Source: a virus
UHGV virus genome: UHGV-0059893
Reading direction: 5' to 3' (one strand)
DNA length: 39,001 nucleotides
Both the position numbers and the translations under genes were made by a program. The notes under the pieces were generated by a model. That model saw nothing but the letters and a program-made list of their open reading frames with translations. It searched no databases and was not told the DNA's origin. Shown in pieces: positions 1 to 7,622 of this stretch (position 1 is the first letter of the stretch; every line of letters starts with the position of its first letter).

Positions 1-50
1 CGTTATCACTGGTGTGTCGGCTTATAATTTGAAAAAATAGGAGGAAACAA

Positions 51-1328
51 ATGAAGAAGAAAATTACTATTACTGCGATGAGCCTATTAACGGCTCTTTT
101 TTTATTGCCGATTAATGGGTTTGCTGCAAAAAATGATCAGGGTGTGGATTGGTCGATTTATCAAGGGGAGAACGGAAGATTTGGGTACGCTCATGATAAA
201 TTTGCTATTGCACAAATTGGTGGTTATAACGGAGCTGGTTTATATGACCAATGGACCTACTCCACGCAAGTTGCTTCTGCAATTGCGCAAGGCAAACGAG
301 CGCATACCTATATTTGGTGGGATGTGTGGGGTTCCCCAGCAATTGCTAAACAAACGATGGATTATTTCTTGCCAAAGATTCAAACGCCTAAAGGTTCAAT
401 TGTAGCGATTGATTTCGAGGGTGGGGCATCTTCTAATAAGCAAGCTAATACGGATGCCATTCTTTATGGTATGCGGCGAATTAAAGCAGCAGGCTATACT
501 CCAATGCTTTATTCAGGAAAGCCGTTTTTATTAGCTAATGCTTATTATCAGCAAGTAATCAAAGAGTTTCCAGATTCGCTATGGATCTCTGCTTATCCTG
601 ATTATAATGTAACGCCAACTCCTAACTGGAATATTTTTCCATCGCTGGACGGTATCGGTATCTATCAATTTACCTCAACTTATATTACTGGTGGATTAGA
701 TGGTAATATCGATTTAACTGGTATTACAGACAATGGTTATACAGGTTCAGACAAACCAGCAACAGACACTCCAGCAACGGATGCAGGGGAAGAAGCTAAT
801 GATACGCCAAAATCAGAAATTAAAGTGGGCGACACTGTGAAAGTGAATTTCTCAGCGAAAAACTGGGCAACTGGAGAAGCGATCCCACAATGGGTAAAAG
901 GAGAAAGCTACAAGGTTCAACAGGTAAATGGCAATAAAGTTTTACTTGCAAATATTTTATCTTGGATTGATAAATCAAATGTAGAAATCTTGCCAGATTC
1001 TACAACTGTTCCGGATAAACCATCAGCTGGTATCCAAACTCATGTCGTTCAATATGGAGAAACACTATCTTCAATTGCTACAAAATATGGAACAACGTAT
1101 CAAGCACTTGCTTCGTTAAATGGACTAAGCAATCCGAATATGATCTATGCTGGACAAGTTCTAAAAACGAACGGAACAGCAAATGTTACTAGAACATACA
1201 CTGTTCGATCAGGCGATAATTTATCATCAATCGCATCTAAGTTAGGCACAACGTATCAAGCGCTGGCACAGCGCAATGGATTATCAAATCCTAACTTGAT
1301 TTATCCAGGTCAAGTACTATCATATTAA
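51..1328 (+). CDS. Secreted GH25 muramidase (lysozyme) with two C-terminal LysM repeats. It is either a phage endolysin or an AtlB/AtlC-like autolysin.
   Basis: RBS GGAGGAAACAAATG. The N-terminus has a signal peptide (KKKITITAMSLLTALFLLPINGFA). A GVDWSIYQG motif typical of GH25 follows. Two LysM repeats are present: HVVQYGETLSSIATKYGTTYQALASLNGLSNPNMIYAGQVL and YTVRSGDNLSSIASKLGTTYQALAQRNGLSNPNLIYPGQVL. Confidence 0.85.
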   Translation: MKKKITITAMSLLTALFLLPINGFAAKNDQGVDWSIYQGENGRFGYAHDKFAIAQIGGYNGAGLYDQWTYSTQVASAIAQGKRAHTYIWWDVWGSPAIAKQTMDYFLPKIQTPKGSIVAIDFEGGASSNKQANTDAILYGMRRIKAAGYTPMLYSGKPFLLANAYYQQVIKEFPDSLWISAYPDYNVTPTPNWNIFPSLDGIGIYQFTSTYITGGLDGNIDLTGITDNGYTGSDKPATDTPATDAGEEANDTPKSEIKVGDTVKVNFSAKNWATGEAIPQWVKGESYKVQQVNGNKVLLANILSWIDKSNVEILPDSTTVPDKPSAGIQTHVVQYGETLSSIATKYGTTYQALASLNGLSNPNMIYAGQVLKTNGTANVTRTYTVRSGDNLSSIASKLGTTYQALAQRNGLSNPNLIYPGQVLSY

Positions 1329-1582
1329 AAAAAGCCCCTCGATGAGGGACGGTACTTGAAATCATATATAACATTTTTGTTACAAAATTAATGTTATGAA
1401 TGTCACAAAGTGTTGTTTTAATATCATAAACGTTTAACTTGAACTTATGTTCCCTGTATGCTAAAGTAATTTCATAATCCTCAAAGATTATATCTGCTAA
1501 GAAGCCCAGAGGCTATTGTCTTTAGGGCTTTCTTTTGGTTTAATTGTGTTAGCAGATATAAAACGAAAAGTGGGGATATATA

Positions 1583-1966
1583 TTGTTAAAATTTGATGAA
1601 TATCCTGATAGTTGCCCTCCTGGAAATGCTATCAAGTTTGAAGGAACATTTTATAGACTATGTAAAGGTAACCCTTTTTGCAAAGAAGATTTTCTAACAC
1701 ATTTTGAAGCGGGTTTTAATTTTCCGAGTAGTAAATTATGTGAAGCTATGGCTCTATCTTTTTATGATAGCTATGCTCATGCAGAGTCTCTTAAAAATCA
1801 ATATAGAAAAAAGTTTAAAGATCATTCAATTATACCCGTTAAAATAATTGAAAAGTATGGAGTTGGTATTTTAGAAGAAAAAAAAGGTCATTTGAATCTT
1901 TGGGAGAACAGGAATGTAGATATTTTTTCTGATTTGATAAAGGAAGGTGGAGATAAAGATGGATAA
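1583..1966 (+). CDS. Hypothetical 127-aa protein. It is the first gene of an AT-rich two-gene cassette and appears to use a TTG start.
   Basis: The ORF is open in the six-frame track. An RBS-like GTGGGGA lies 8-10 nt upstream of the TTG. The 3' end overlaps the next gene. By eye the region is much more AT-rich than the flanking genes. No recognisable motifs. Confidence 0.5.
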   Translation: MLKFDEYPDSCPPGNAIKFEGTFYRLCKGNPFCKEDFLTHFEAGFNFPSSKLCEAMALSFYDSYAHAESLKNQYRKKFKDHSIIPVKIIEKYGVGILEEKKGHLNLWENRNVDIFSDLIKEGGDKDG

Positions 1967-3122
1967 TCAATTTTTTTCTAGTTTGGAATATATTTTTATT
2001 TTTGATTATTATGATTCTCCTTTGTTTTTTATTTCTCAAAGTTCAGAAAATAATAGATACTATTTATTTTACTCAATAGATGATGATGCTTATTTTTTTA
2101 GCGAGTTATCTGCTTCTGACATTAATTATTTATTTATGAATCCGAATGGTTATGACATTCTTCATTACCTTAAAGATAAATCAAAACTGAAATTTGTTTT
2201 GATAAGTAAAAAATCTTTTAATACTAAATCTCTTTCTGAATACACGGGTATATTCGATGAAGATATTTATGAAGCTTTTCCACTTGAGAGGTTCCCTATA
2301 GAATACGAATACGTTCATAAAGTAAATTTTAATGAAATTCAAAAAAAATATAAAAGCTATTTTCCTAACTTATTTGACAATGATCAATTAACATTGAGAA
2401 TTAAGGATAAAAAGAATAGTCATTCATTAAACATTGATATAGTTTATAGTGCGTTAAATTTTATGAAAAATACTTGGCAAGATTTGAATAGTAGATATAC
2501 GGATTGGGGTCCTGAAAAAAAATTATTGATGACCGCACCCTCAAAAGGATCATTAAAACTTGAATTTGAATTAGCAAATGATGAACAAACAGCTTTGTTT
2601 TCTGATGAAGCATCTTTCTCAGAATTAATCGATTTTGTAGATAACTTAATGTATACACCGATGTATGATGATGAAGAATTAATAAATGAAAGAAAAATTA
2701 TTGAAGAGACCGTCAAACTATATGAAGTTATTGAAAAAAATGATTTATCAATTGATTTTATTTCTAATGATGTTAAGTTAAGTAATATAAGTAAATCTAG
2801 TAATATTAAAAAAAATCTCGATGTTTTAAAAGCTCGCGTAAATGATAAAATAATAGAAAATAGTACTTTAACCGAAGATATTGAAGTAAGTGGTGAAGTA
2901 TTAGCAGCAAATAAGAGTAAAAATTATTTTAAGATAAAATCATTGGCTTTAGGAGATATTGGTGGTGTTTTTGAAAAAGAATTATTTAAAAAAATAAAAA
3001 ATTCTGAAAAACAAATTACTGTATCTAAGAATATAACAGCTTGTATTACTAAGCAACAAATTACTAATATTGATACAAATGAAATAAAAACTAAGTACGT
3101 TATGACATCATTTGATCAATAA
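1959..3122 (+). CDS. Hypothetical 387-aa acidic protein, the second gene of the AT-rich cassette.
   Basis: RBS AGGAAGGTGG lies 8 nt before ATG 1959 (the track begins at GTG 1947). The ORF is long and uninterrupted, and very AT-rich with many N/K/D/E/I residues. A hairpin terminator follows it. No recognisable catalytic motif. Confidence 0.6.
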   Translation: MDNQFFSSLEYIFIFDYYDSPLFFISQSSENNRYYLFYSIDDDAYFFSELSASDINYLFMNPNGYDILHYLKDKSKLKFVLISKKSFNTKSLSEYTGIFDEDIYEAFPLERFPIEYEYVHKVNFNEIQKKYKSYFPNLFDNDQLTLRIKDKKNSHSLNIDIVYSALNFMKNTWQDLNSRYTDWGPEKKLLMTAPSKGSLKLEFELANDEQTALFSDEASFSELIDFVDNLMYTPMYDDEELINERKIIEETVKLYEVIEKNDLSIDFISNDVKLSNISKSSNIKKNLDVLKARVNDKIIENSTLTEDIEVSGEVLAANKSKNYFKIKSLALGDIGGVFEKELFKKIKNSEKQITVSKNITACITKQQITNIDTNEIKTKYVMTSFDQ

Positions 3123-3126
3123 ATGC

Positions 3127-3167
3127 AAGACTTCAACCAATCACCCTTGGTTGAGGTCTTTTTTCAT
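3127..3167 (+). terminator. Intrinsic terminator after the AT-rich cassette.
   Basis: GACTTCAACCAA and TTGGTTGAGGTC pair as a 12-bp stem with one G-U pair. The stem is followed by TTTTTTCATTTTTT. Confidence 0.6.
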
Positions 3168-3234
3168 TTTTTCTGAAAAATCTAAGCAAATAATAGACTA
3201 AAAAAGAACCATGTGAGATAATAAACATAGAAAA

Positions 3235-3294
3235 AAGCTTCAGATACTCCCTCACCCTAGAGTCTTTCCCCAAAAAGATAAGTATCTGAAGCTT
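3235..3294. repeat. 14-bp perfect inverted repeat (AAGCTTCAGATACT / AGTATCTGAAGCTT) with a 32-nt spacer. It is flanked by an A-run upstream and a T-run downstream, so it may be a bidirectional terminator or a small inverted-repeat element.
   Basis: Read directly from the sequence. AAAAAAGCTTCAGATACT is at 3231-3248 and AGTATCTGAAGCTTTTTT is at 3281-3298. Confidence 0.4.
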
Positions 3295-3475
3295 TTTTCT
3301 TTTTATGACTTGGAAATAATAGCATAAAATAATATATTTTACAAAGAATAAGTACAATCTAGTTTTTTGCTATTAAATGTGTAATAATTAATGTGCCATC
3401 ACAACAAAGAATGAAACCCATTATTATCTAGTCTATGTCCATTCTTTTTGTTTGCAGTAGTTGTGATAGCTTTCC

Positions 3476-3549
3476 GTACCTTTAGCTCAGTTGGTTAGAG
3501 CAGACGGCTCATAACCGTCCGGTCGTAGGCTCGAGCCCTACAGGGTACA
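3476..3549 (+). tRNA. tRNA with a CAT anticodon (Met or lysidine-Ile2). No CCA is encoded.
   Basis: Manual cloverleaf. The acceptor stem is GTACCTT/AGGGTAC. The D-arm is GCTC-AGTTGGTTA-GAGC. The anticodon arm is GACGG-CTCATAA-CCGTC (U33, CAT, A37). The variable loop is CGGTC. The T-arm is GTAGG-CTCGAGC-CCTAC, and its loop CTCGAGC is atypical compared with the TTCGAAT consensus. The discriminator is A. Confidence 0.75.
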
Positions 3550-3625
3550 TATATACCAAAAGCACTCATCAATTTAATTGGTTGAGTGCTTTTTTATTGT
3601 TATTAAAAATTAAAAAACTAAAATA

Positions 3626-3647
3626 CATACCCGAATTTCATACCCGA
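3626..3647 (+). repeat. Pair of direct CATACCCGA repeats spaced 13 bp apart. These are candidate integrase arm-type binding sites.
   Basis: CATACCCGAatttCATACCCGAaaaa is read directly. A related pair occurs at 3870-3888. Confidence 0.5.
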
Positions 3648-3730
3648 AAAATAAAAAATGCCACCACGTACACTCTTTTCGAAACTACCTAAGTAGCCAA
3701 GAATGTACTGGTGACGTGGGTTTGGCACCC

Positions 3731-3765
3731 AATGGGCCGTGAGGGGCTCGAACCCGCGACCCGCT
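3731..3765 (-). other. tRNA 3'-half fragment (T-arm plus acceptor 3' strand). It is a candidate att core or integration scar.
   Basis: The minus strand reads GGTCGCGGGTTCGAGCCCCTCACGGCCCA. It has a canonical GTTCGAGCC T-loop and ends in CCCA. The sequence 5' of it does not look like tRNA (no D-arm). Confidence 0.45.
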
Positions 3766-3869
3766 GATAAAGAGTTCGTTATTTAATGGTATTTTAAATG
3801 AAGATAAGCGAATTTACAGCATTTTTAAATGCTTATATACCGCAAATTATCCCAAGTTTTTGTATATCC

Positions 3870-3888
3870 TACCCGAGTTTATACCCGA
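3870..3888 (+). repeat. Second pair of direct TACCCGA repeats (TACCCGAgtttATACCCGA), lying immediately upstream of the integrase gene end.
   Basis: Direct repeat of the 3626-3647 motif. Spacing is 12 bp. Confidence 0.5.
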
Positions 3889-3906
3889 AAATATAATTTT
3901 TTAGTG

Positions 3907-5148
3907 TTATTTTATATCTTTTTTTAATAGTTTTTCAAACGCTGTAGTTGCTGTATCTTTTTCTTTGCGTAAGACATGGCCATAAACATTCATTGTAGTA
4001 TTAAAATCTCGGTGTCCTAATCGTTTTTGAAGCTCTTTTGGAGTCATATTAGGATCGCTAAGCAAATAGGTAGCTGATGTATGTCTAATGTCGTGAAAAC
4101 GAATGTGACGCAAATTGTGACGTTTGGTGAATCGTTTGAACTTCTTATACAGATAACTTCCACGTGGTAAAGTTCCATCTTGTTTTGTATCAAATATAAA
4201 ATAGTGTTTTAATTTCTTTATATCTAATTTCCAACGAATTTTTTTATTCTCTTTGATTAATTCATCTAACATATCAAATAGATAAGCAGGACCGGTTACT
4301 ATTTTTTCATCATCATCATTTTTCAAACCTGGAAGCAACCGAATATCTGATTTTCCATCTACTTCTGAAATCCGCTGATGAAATCTTATTTCTTGTTTGT
4401 CAAAGTCAATATCTTTTTCTTCTAAAGCTGCAATTTCTCCTTGTCTTGCTCCTGTAATAAATGCTAGAACAATTAAAGTTTTAATTTCTATGCTTTCCTC
4501 AAATGCTGCTTTTAGCATTGCATGAATTTCTTCTTCCGAATAAGGTTCTTCGATATTCTTTTTTACGCCTTTTTCTTTTGGTATTTTTACATTTTCCACA
4601 GGATTTTCTTTAATTGCTCCGTACTCATTTTTAGCCATCAAAAATAAGTTGTTAACGGCGTATAACATACGAAGCTTTGTATTTCTTGATAAAGGTTTAT
4701 CAGAGTTTCTTCCAGGATCTTTTGTATTGATTCTTTGAGCATTAACAACAATTTTCTTTATCATGTATGGTTTGATATCGATTAGAGGGATAAAATCAAA
4801 TTTATCAAGAAATCTATTCTCGATCATTCGCTTATAGTTATGATAAGACTTTGGCTCTAAATTTTTTTCGGCCTCTGAAAGCCATATTTTTCTATAAAAT
4901 TCACCAAAAGTTATATTGAATAAATCCAACGAATCATCGGTCATTCCTTCGAATTGCTCTAACCAGATGTTCAATTCTTTATATGCCAATCGTTTACTAT
5001 TCGCTTTTATAGTTTTGCTTTTTCTTTTTGCCGAGCCATCAGGTTTGTATCCTAATACAGCTCTTAGTCTATATGTTTCATTGTCCACTTGTTCTAAGTA
5101 TCCTGTTACTTCTGACATAATTGAATCAGCTCTCTTTCTCTGATACAA
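3907..5148 (-). CDS. int: Tyrosine site-specific recombinase (phage integrase).
   Basis: The C-terminal catalytic signature is present: RFHDIRHTSATYLL (the H-x-x-R box) and NVYGHV (catalytic Tyr). There is an N-terminal arm-binding-like domain. The gene sits adjacent to tRNA-like att elements. The true start may be the internal Met (MSEV...). Confidence 0.95.
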   Translation of the reverse strand: MYQRKRADSIMSEVTGYLEQVDNETYRLRAVLGYKPDGSAKRKSKTIKANSKRLAYKELNIWLEQFEGMTDDSLDLFNITFGEFYRKIWLSEAEKNLEPKSYHNYKRMIENRFLDKFDFIPLIDIKPYMIKKIVVNAQRINTKDPGRNSDKPLSRNTKLRMLYAVNNLFLMAKNEYGAIKENPVENVKIPKEKGVKKNIEEPYSEEEIHAMLKAAFEESIEIKTLIVLAFITGARQGEIAALEEKDIDFDKQEIRFHQRISEVDGKSDIRLLPGLKNDDDEKIVTGPAYLFDMLDELIKENKKIRWKLDIKKLKHYFIFDTKQDGTLPRGSYLYKKFKRFTKRHNLRHIRFHDIRHTSATYLLSDPNMTPKELQKRLGHRDFNTTMNVYGHVLRKEKDTATTAFEKLLKKDIK

Positions 5149-5225
5149 TAGGTACTATAAAGAAGCCTATTGTTAGGTTTGTTTTTTTAGAACGCGCTCG
5201 CTTTGGTCGGTGGGGCGTGTTTTTA

Positions 5226-5516
5226 TTATTTGATCAAAATAGTATAATTAAAGTTTAAGGACATGCCACTCAATGGATTTTTAACTTGCATCGAATTAAC
5301 TGCTATATCTATGATTTCATAATCCATTTCTTGTAATCCATGTAAAATAGTATTTAAAGTATCATTTAGTTTATCGTCCATAGAAGAAACTGCACTGCTG
5401 CTAATTTTTCTTTGGATATTGAATGACACAGATTGTACGTTACCTCTTTTAAAACTTGAAGCATAGTCTAGAACGTTTTCTATTAATGCTTGTTGAGTTT
5501 TAGATGCTTTTGCCAT
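5226..5516 (-). CDS. Hypothetical 96-aa protein in the lysogeny-module moron position.
   Basis: Good RBS (GGAGAATTATTATG on the minus strand). Open frame. No motif recognised. Confidence 0.6.
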   Translation of the reverse strand: MAKASKTQQALIENVLDYASSFKRGNVQSVSFNIQRKISSSAVSSMDDKLNDTLNTILHGLQEMDYEIIDIAVNSMQVKNPLSGMSLNFNYTILIK

Positions 5517-5539
5517 AATAATTCTCCAATATTTAATAT

Positions 5540-6028
5540 TTATTTTTTAGTAACTTCATAGTTAGCTACTTTATTTGTAATAATGGATCCATCTTCATTA
5601 TTATTATCGTATTGAACAAGATTTATAGTATGTTTTCCTGGAGTCAAATATTTTTTTGTTAAATCCAAAGTAGATTGTCCAGTTGACAGCTGTTCTTTAG
5701 AAGATAGTGTTCCATCTATATAAATATAGGATAATTTATTTCCATCTAACTCGCTAACATCCATGCCAATCTGCATTACTTGTGTATCTCCATCATCAAA
5801 AATAGTAAGAGTTTCTCCATTTTCTGTTGTACCTCCAGGACCAGATAAATACATTGTTCCAGTTCCTTGATCTTCGGAAGGTAAATCTTTTTTTGATTCA
5901 GCAGAACTAACAGTAGTAGATTCTGAAGTTTTTGAACTACTATTTGCACTTGAAGAATTATCCGAACTACCACACGCAGCTAATGACAAAGCAGCAAGAA
6001 TAACTAAAGGGATAAATTTCTTTTTCAT
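5540..6028 (-). CDS. Prophage lipoprotein. It is a possible superinfection-exclusion or surface moron.
   Basis: RBS GAGGAATGAG. Signal peptide with lipobox (LAALSLAAC-GSS). The mature part is Ser/Thr-rich. Confidence 0.75.
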   Translation of the reverse strand: MKKKFIPLVILAALSLAACGSSDNSSSANSSSKTSESTTVSSAESKKDLPSEDQGTGTMYLSGPGGTTENGETLTIFDDGDTQVMQIGMDVSELDGNKLSYIYIDGTLSSKEQLSTGQSTLDLTKKYLTPGKHTINLVQYDNNNEDGSIITNKVANYEVTKK

Positions 6029-6087
6029 TTTTACTCATTCCTCACTTCTTGTTATAATATATTTGTGATCTCAGAAATGAGGTATGA

Positions 6088-6112
6088 GTCCGTGTTGTCG
6101 CACGGGCTTTTT
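6088..6112 (+). terminator. Plus-strand intrinsic terminator hairpin (GTCCGTG-ttgtcg-CACGGGC followed by TTTTTT). It overlaps the stop of the minus-strand ImmA gene.
   Basis: The stem and the T-run were read directly. On the minus strand the same hairpin is preceded by an A-run and not followed by Us. Confidence 0.45.
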
Positions 6113-6546
6113 TATTGTGCATAAGAGTATTTTTTCTTGAAATAAGACTGGCAAACATTAAAACATTCTGTTCTTAACTTATTATTGATAGAGTAGAACT
6201 CCATGAAATTGTCTAATTTGAACTGAGATTCATCAGTCAGTTCGTTCTCAATAAAGATATTTAGTAAAATCATAATTGCAATTCTATCAGCTTCAGTTTC
6301 GAATTTTGAATGAAAAGTTGTAGAGTTATCGTACAATACTGAATATTCAAAATGTGAAGCAATGAAATGACCAAGCTCGTGGGCTAAATGAAAAGCTTCA
6401 GAACTATCTTCGTGTAGTTTTTCGTTTAAAAATACTATTCTTGGTTTTGGGTAATAAAAACCTGGTTCTTCCATTTCCATATAGATCAATTTTAAATTAT
6501 ACTCACTCAGCATTTCTTTCAACTTTAAATACATGCAAACCATCAC
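6112..6546 (-). CDS. ImmA/IrrE-family zinc metalloprotease. It is the anti-repressor protease partner of the XRE repressor.
   Basis: HEXXH motif (LAHELGHFIASH). The gene lies immediately downstream of, and is co-oriented with, the XRE repressor gene. This is the classical ImmR/ImmA arrangement. Confidence 0.85.
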   Translation of the reverse strand: MMVCMYLKLKEMLSEYNLKLIYMEMEEPGFYYPKPRIVFLNEKLHEDSSEAFHLAHELGHFIASHFEYSVLYDNSTTFHSKFETEADRIAIMILLNIFIENELTDESQFKLDNFMEFYSINNKLRTECFNVCQSYFKKKYSYAQ

Positions 6547-6551
6547 TCCAA

Positions 6552-6872
6552 CTATTCATTTTCTTCTAAAGCTTTAGCAATTGCAATCGCTTTACGCATT
6601 GTCTCCTTAGATATTTCTTTTCCGTCAAAAGAAAATACAGTATCATCTTCTGATAAATCCACAAATTTAGGCGTTTCTCTTTCTTCTCTACCTAGAAGGT
6701 AGTCTACAGAGACATCGAAATAGTCAGCTACCTTTTGCAAATCTCTTGCTTTGGGTTCTGTTGTTTTCCATCGATAGAAAAGATTTTCGCTAAATCCTAA
6801 TTCTAAAGCGACTTCTTTCATGCTTTTATCTCTTTGGCTAGCTAATGATTTTATCCTTTCAAACAGTGTCAT
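6552..6872 (-). CDS. XRE-family HTH repressor (CI/ImmR-like).
   Basis: HTH_XRE signature (LASQRDKSMKEVALELGFSENLFYRWKTT...ADYFDVSVDYLLG). I place the start at Met-44 of the track ORF (MTLFERIK), which has RBS GGAGAACATTATTATG. The upstream 43 codons of the track ORF are a hydrophobic junk extension. Confidence 0.85.
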   Translation of the reverse strand: MTLFERIKSLASQRDKSMKEVALELGFSENLFYRWKTTEPKARDLQKVADYFDVSVDYLLGREERETPKFVDLSEDDTVFSFDGKEISKETMRKAIAIAKALEENE

Positions 6873-7165
6873 AATAATGTTCTCCAATCCTAAACAAATA
6901 AAAGTACACAAAATGTAAATTATACTGTTGACATAAGTATAAGTTTGTATTATTATTTGTTTGTAAGTTAATTTGATAGAAAAAAAGCAAACTAAAAACA
7001 CACCTTATAGCATTAAGTTTGGCGACCGATTGCATAATAAAGGGTTTGTTGTAGGCTTATTTAACTATGTTTATATAGTATACGATTGTATACTATTAGT
7101 CAATGGTTTTATACGTTTTTTCTATCATTTTGACTTACAAATCTATATGTAAGGGGAGTGAATAG
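6873..7165. promoter_or_regulatory. Divergent lysis-lysogeny switch region. It has TTGACA-like and TATAAT-like hexamers on both strands. A perfect palindrome AGTATAC-gatt-GTATACT at 7077..7094 is the candidate operator.
   Basis: The region is intergenic between the divergent repressor and Cro-like genes. The palindrome was read directly. TTGACA is at 6928 and TTGACT at 7130. Confidence 0.6.
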
Positions 7166-7357
7166 ATGTCAAATCTAGATAACGGCCGTGCTGCAATCAA
7201 GAAGTTTATGCGAGAAAACGGAGTAACTATGGAAGATTTAGCTACTGCATATGGATATACGCGTGTTCGAATGCAGCAAATTATTGATGGCCATTGGAGT
7301 GGGCCGAAAGCTAATAAGACTATCTTAGAAATCATTCGCGATTATCGAATTCGGTAG
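7166..7357 (+). CDS. Cro-like small HTH regulator.
   Basis: RBS AAGGGGAG. It is 63 aa and divergent from the repressor. HTH-like segment: VTMEDLATAYGYTRVRMQQI. Confidence 0.75.
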   Translation: MSNLDNGRAAIKKFMRENGVTMEDLATAYGYTRVRMQQIIDGHWSGPKANKTILEIIRDYRIR

Positions 7358-7370
7358 GAGGGAACAACCA

Positions 7371-7622
7371 ATGGAGCAACTAGCTTTAGTTAACCTCTCA
7401 GACCTCAAAGCTTCTTTGGCAGAATCTGGGATTGCAAATGAAGTGTGGGATACAAAGCAAGCTGCGGAATATTTAAAAACTACAACACGCACGCTGACTA
7501 AAGATGCCGAATCTGGAAAGATTCCAGCAGCGAAAGTTGGCAGAGAGTGGAGGTTTAGTAGTATCGCTTTGTATCAGTATCTAAAAGGAGGAAAAACATG
7601 GGTAAATTCAACAGAGCATTAG
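7371..7622 (+). CDS. Excisionase-family HTH DNA-binding protein (HTH_17-like).
   Basis: RBS GGAGGGAACAACCAATG. The motif TKQAAEYLKTTTRTLTKDAESGKIPAAKVGREWRF is typical of the excisionase/MerR-like HTH. Confidence 0.7.
   Translation: MEQLALVNLSDLKASLAESGIANEVWDTKQAAEYLKTTTRTLTKDAESGKIPAAKVGREWRFSSIALYQYLKGGKTWVNSTEH

Noticed and set aside
115-405. 96-aa ORF in an alternative frame inside the GH25 lysin gene.
   Set aside because: It is entirely nested in a well-supported gene and has no RBS. The product is basic low-complexity sequence typical of an off-frame artefact.
1839-2039. Minus-strand 66-aa ORF, also 2444..2716, 2461..2658 and 3133..3357.
   Set aside because: These are antisense to, or sit in the terminator region of, the AT-rich cassette. 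AT-rich DNA generates spurious open frames, and no RBS is present.
3661-3720. Imperfect inverted repeat CCACCACGTACA ... TGTACTGGTGACGTGG next to the tRNA fragment.
   Set aside because: Too degenerate to call a structured element. It may simply be part of the att arm.
4916-5143. Plus-strand 75-aa ORF inside the integrase gene. Also minus-strand ORFs inside the helicase, primase, terL, portal, tape measure, Tal and fibre genes (e.g. 9864..10049, 12160..12516, 21524..21802, 29383..29766, 31876..32382, 37265..37480).
   Set aside because: All are antisense or nested in long genes that carry clear family signatures. The tape measure antisense frames are artefacts of its repetitive, low-stop-codon sequence.
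6873-7001. 43-codon N-terminal extension of the repressor ORF in the track (MFLVCFFSIK...).
   Set aside because: The extension is hydrophobic low-complexity sequence that reads through the switch-region promoters. A proper RBS precedes the internal ATG at 6872, so the shorter repressor was annotated.
7135-7335. Minus-strand ORF antisense to the Cro-like gene. Also 7713..7895, 7808..8101, 8095..8322, 8326..8568 and 8983..9246.
   Set aside because: They are antisense to better-supported plus-strand genes in a uniformly plus-strand module. None has an RBS.
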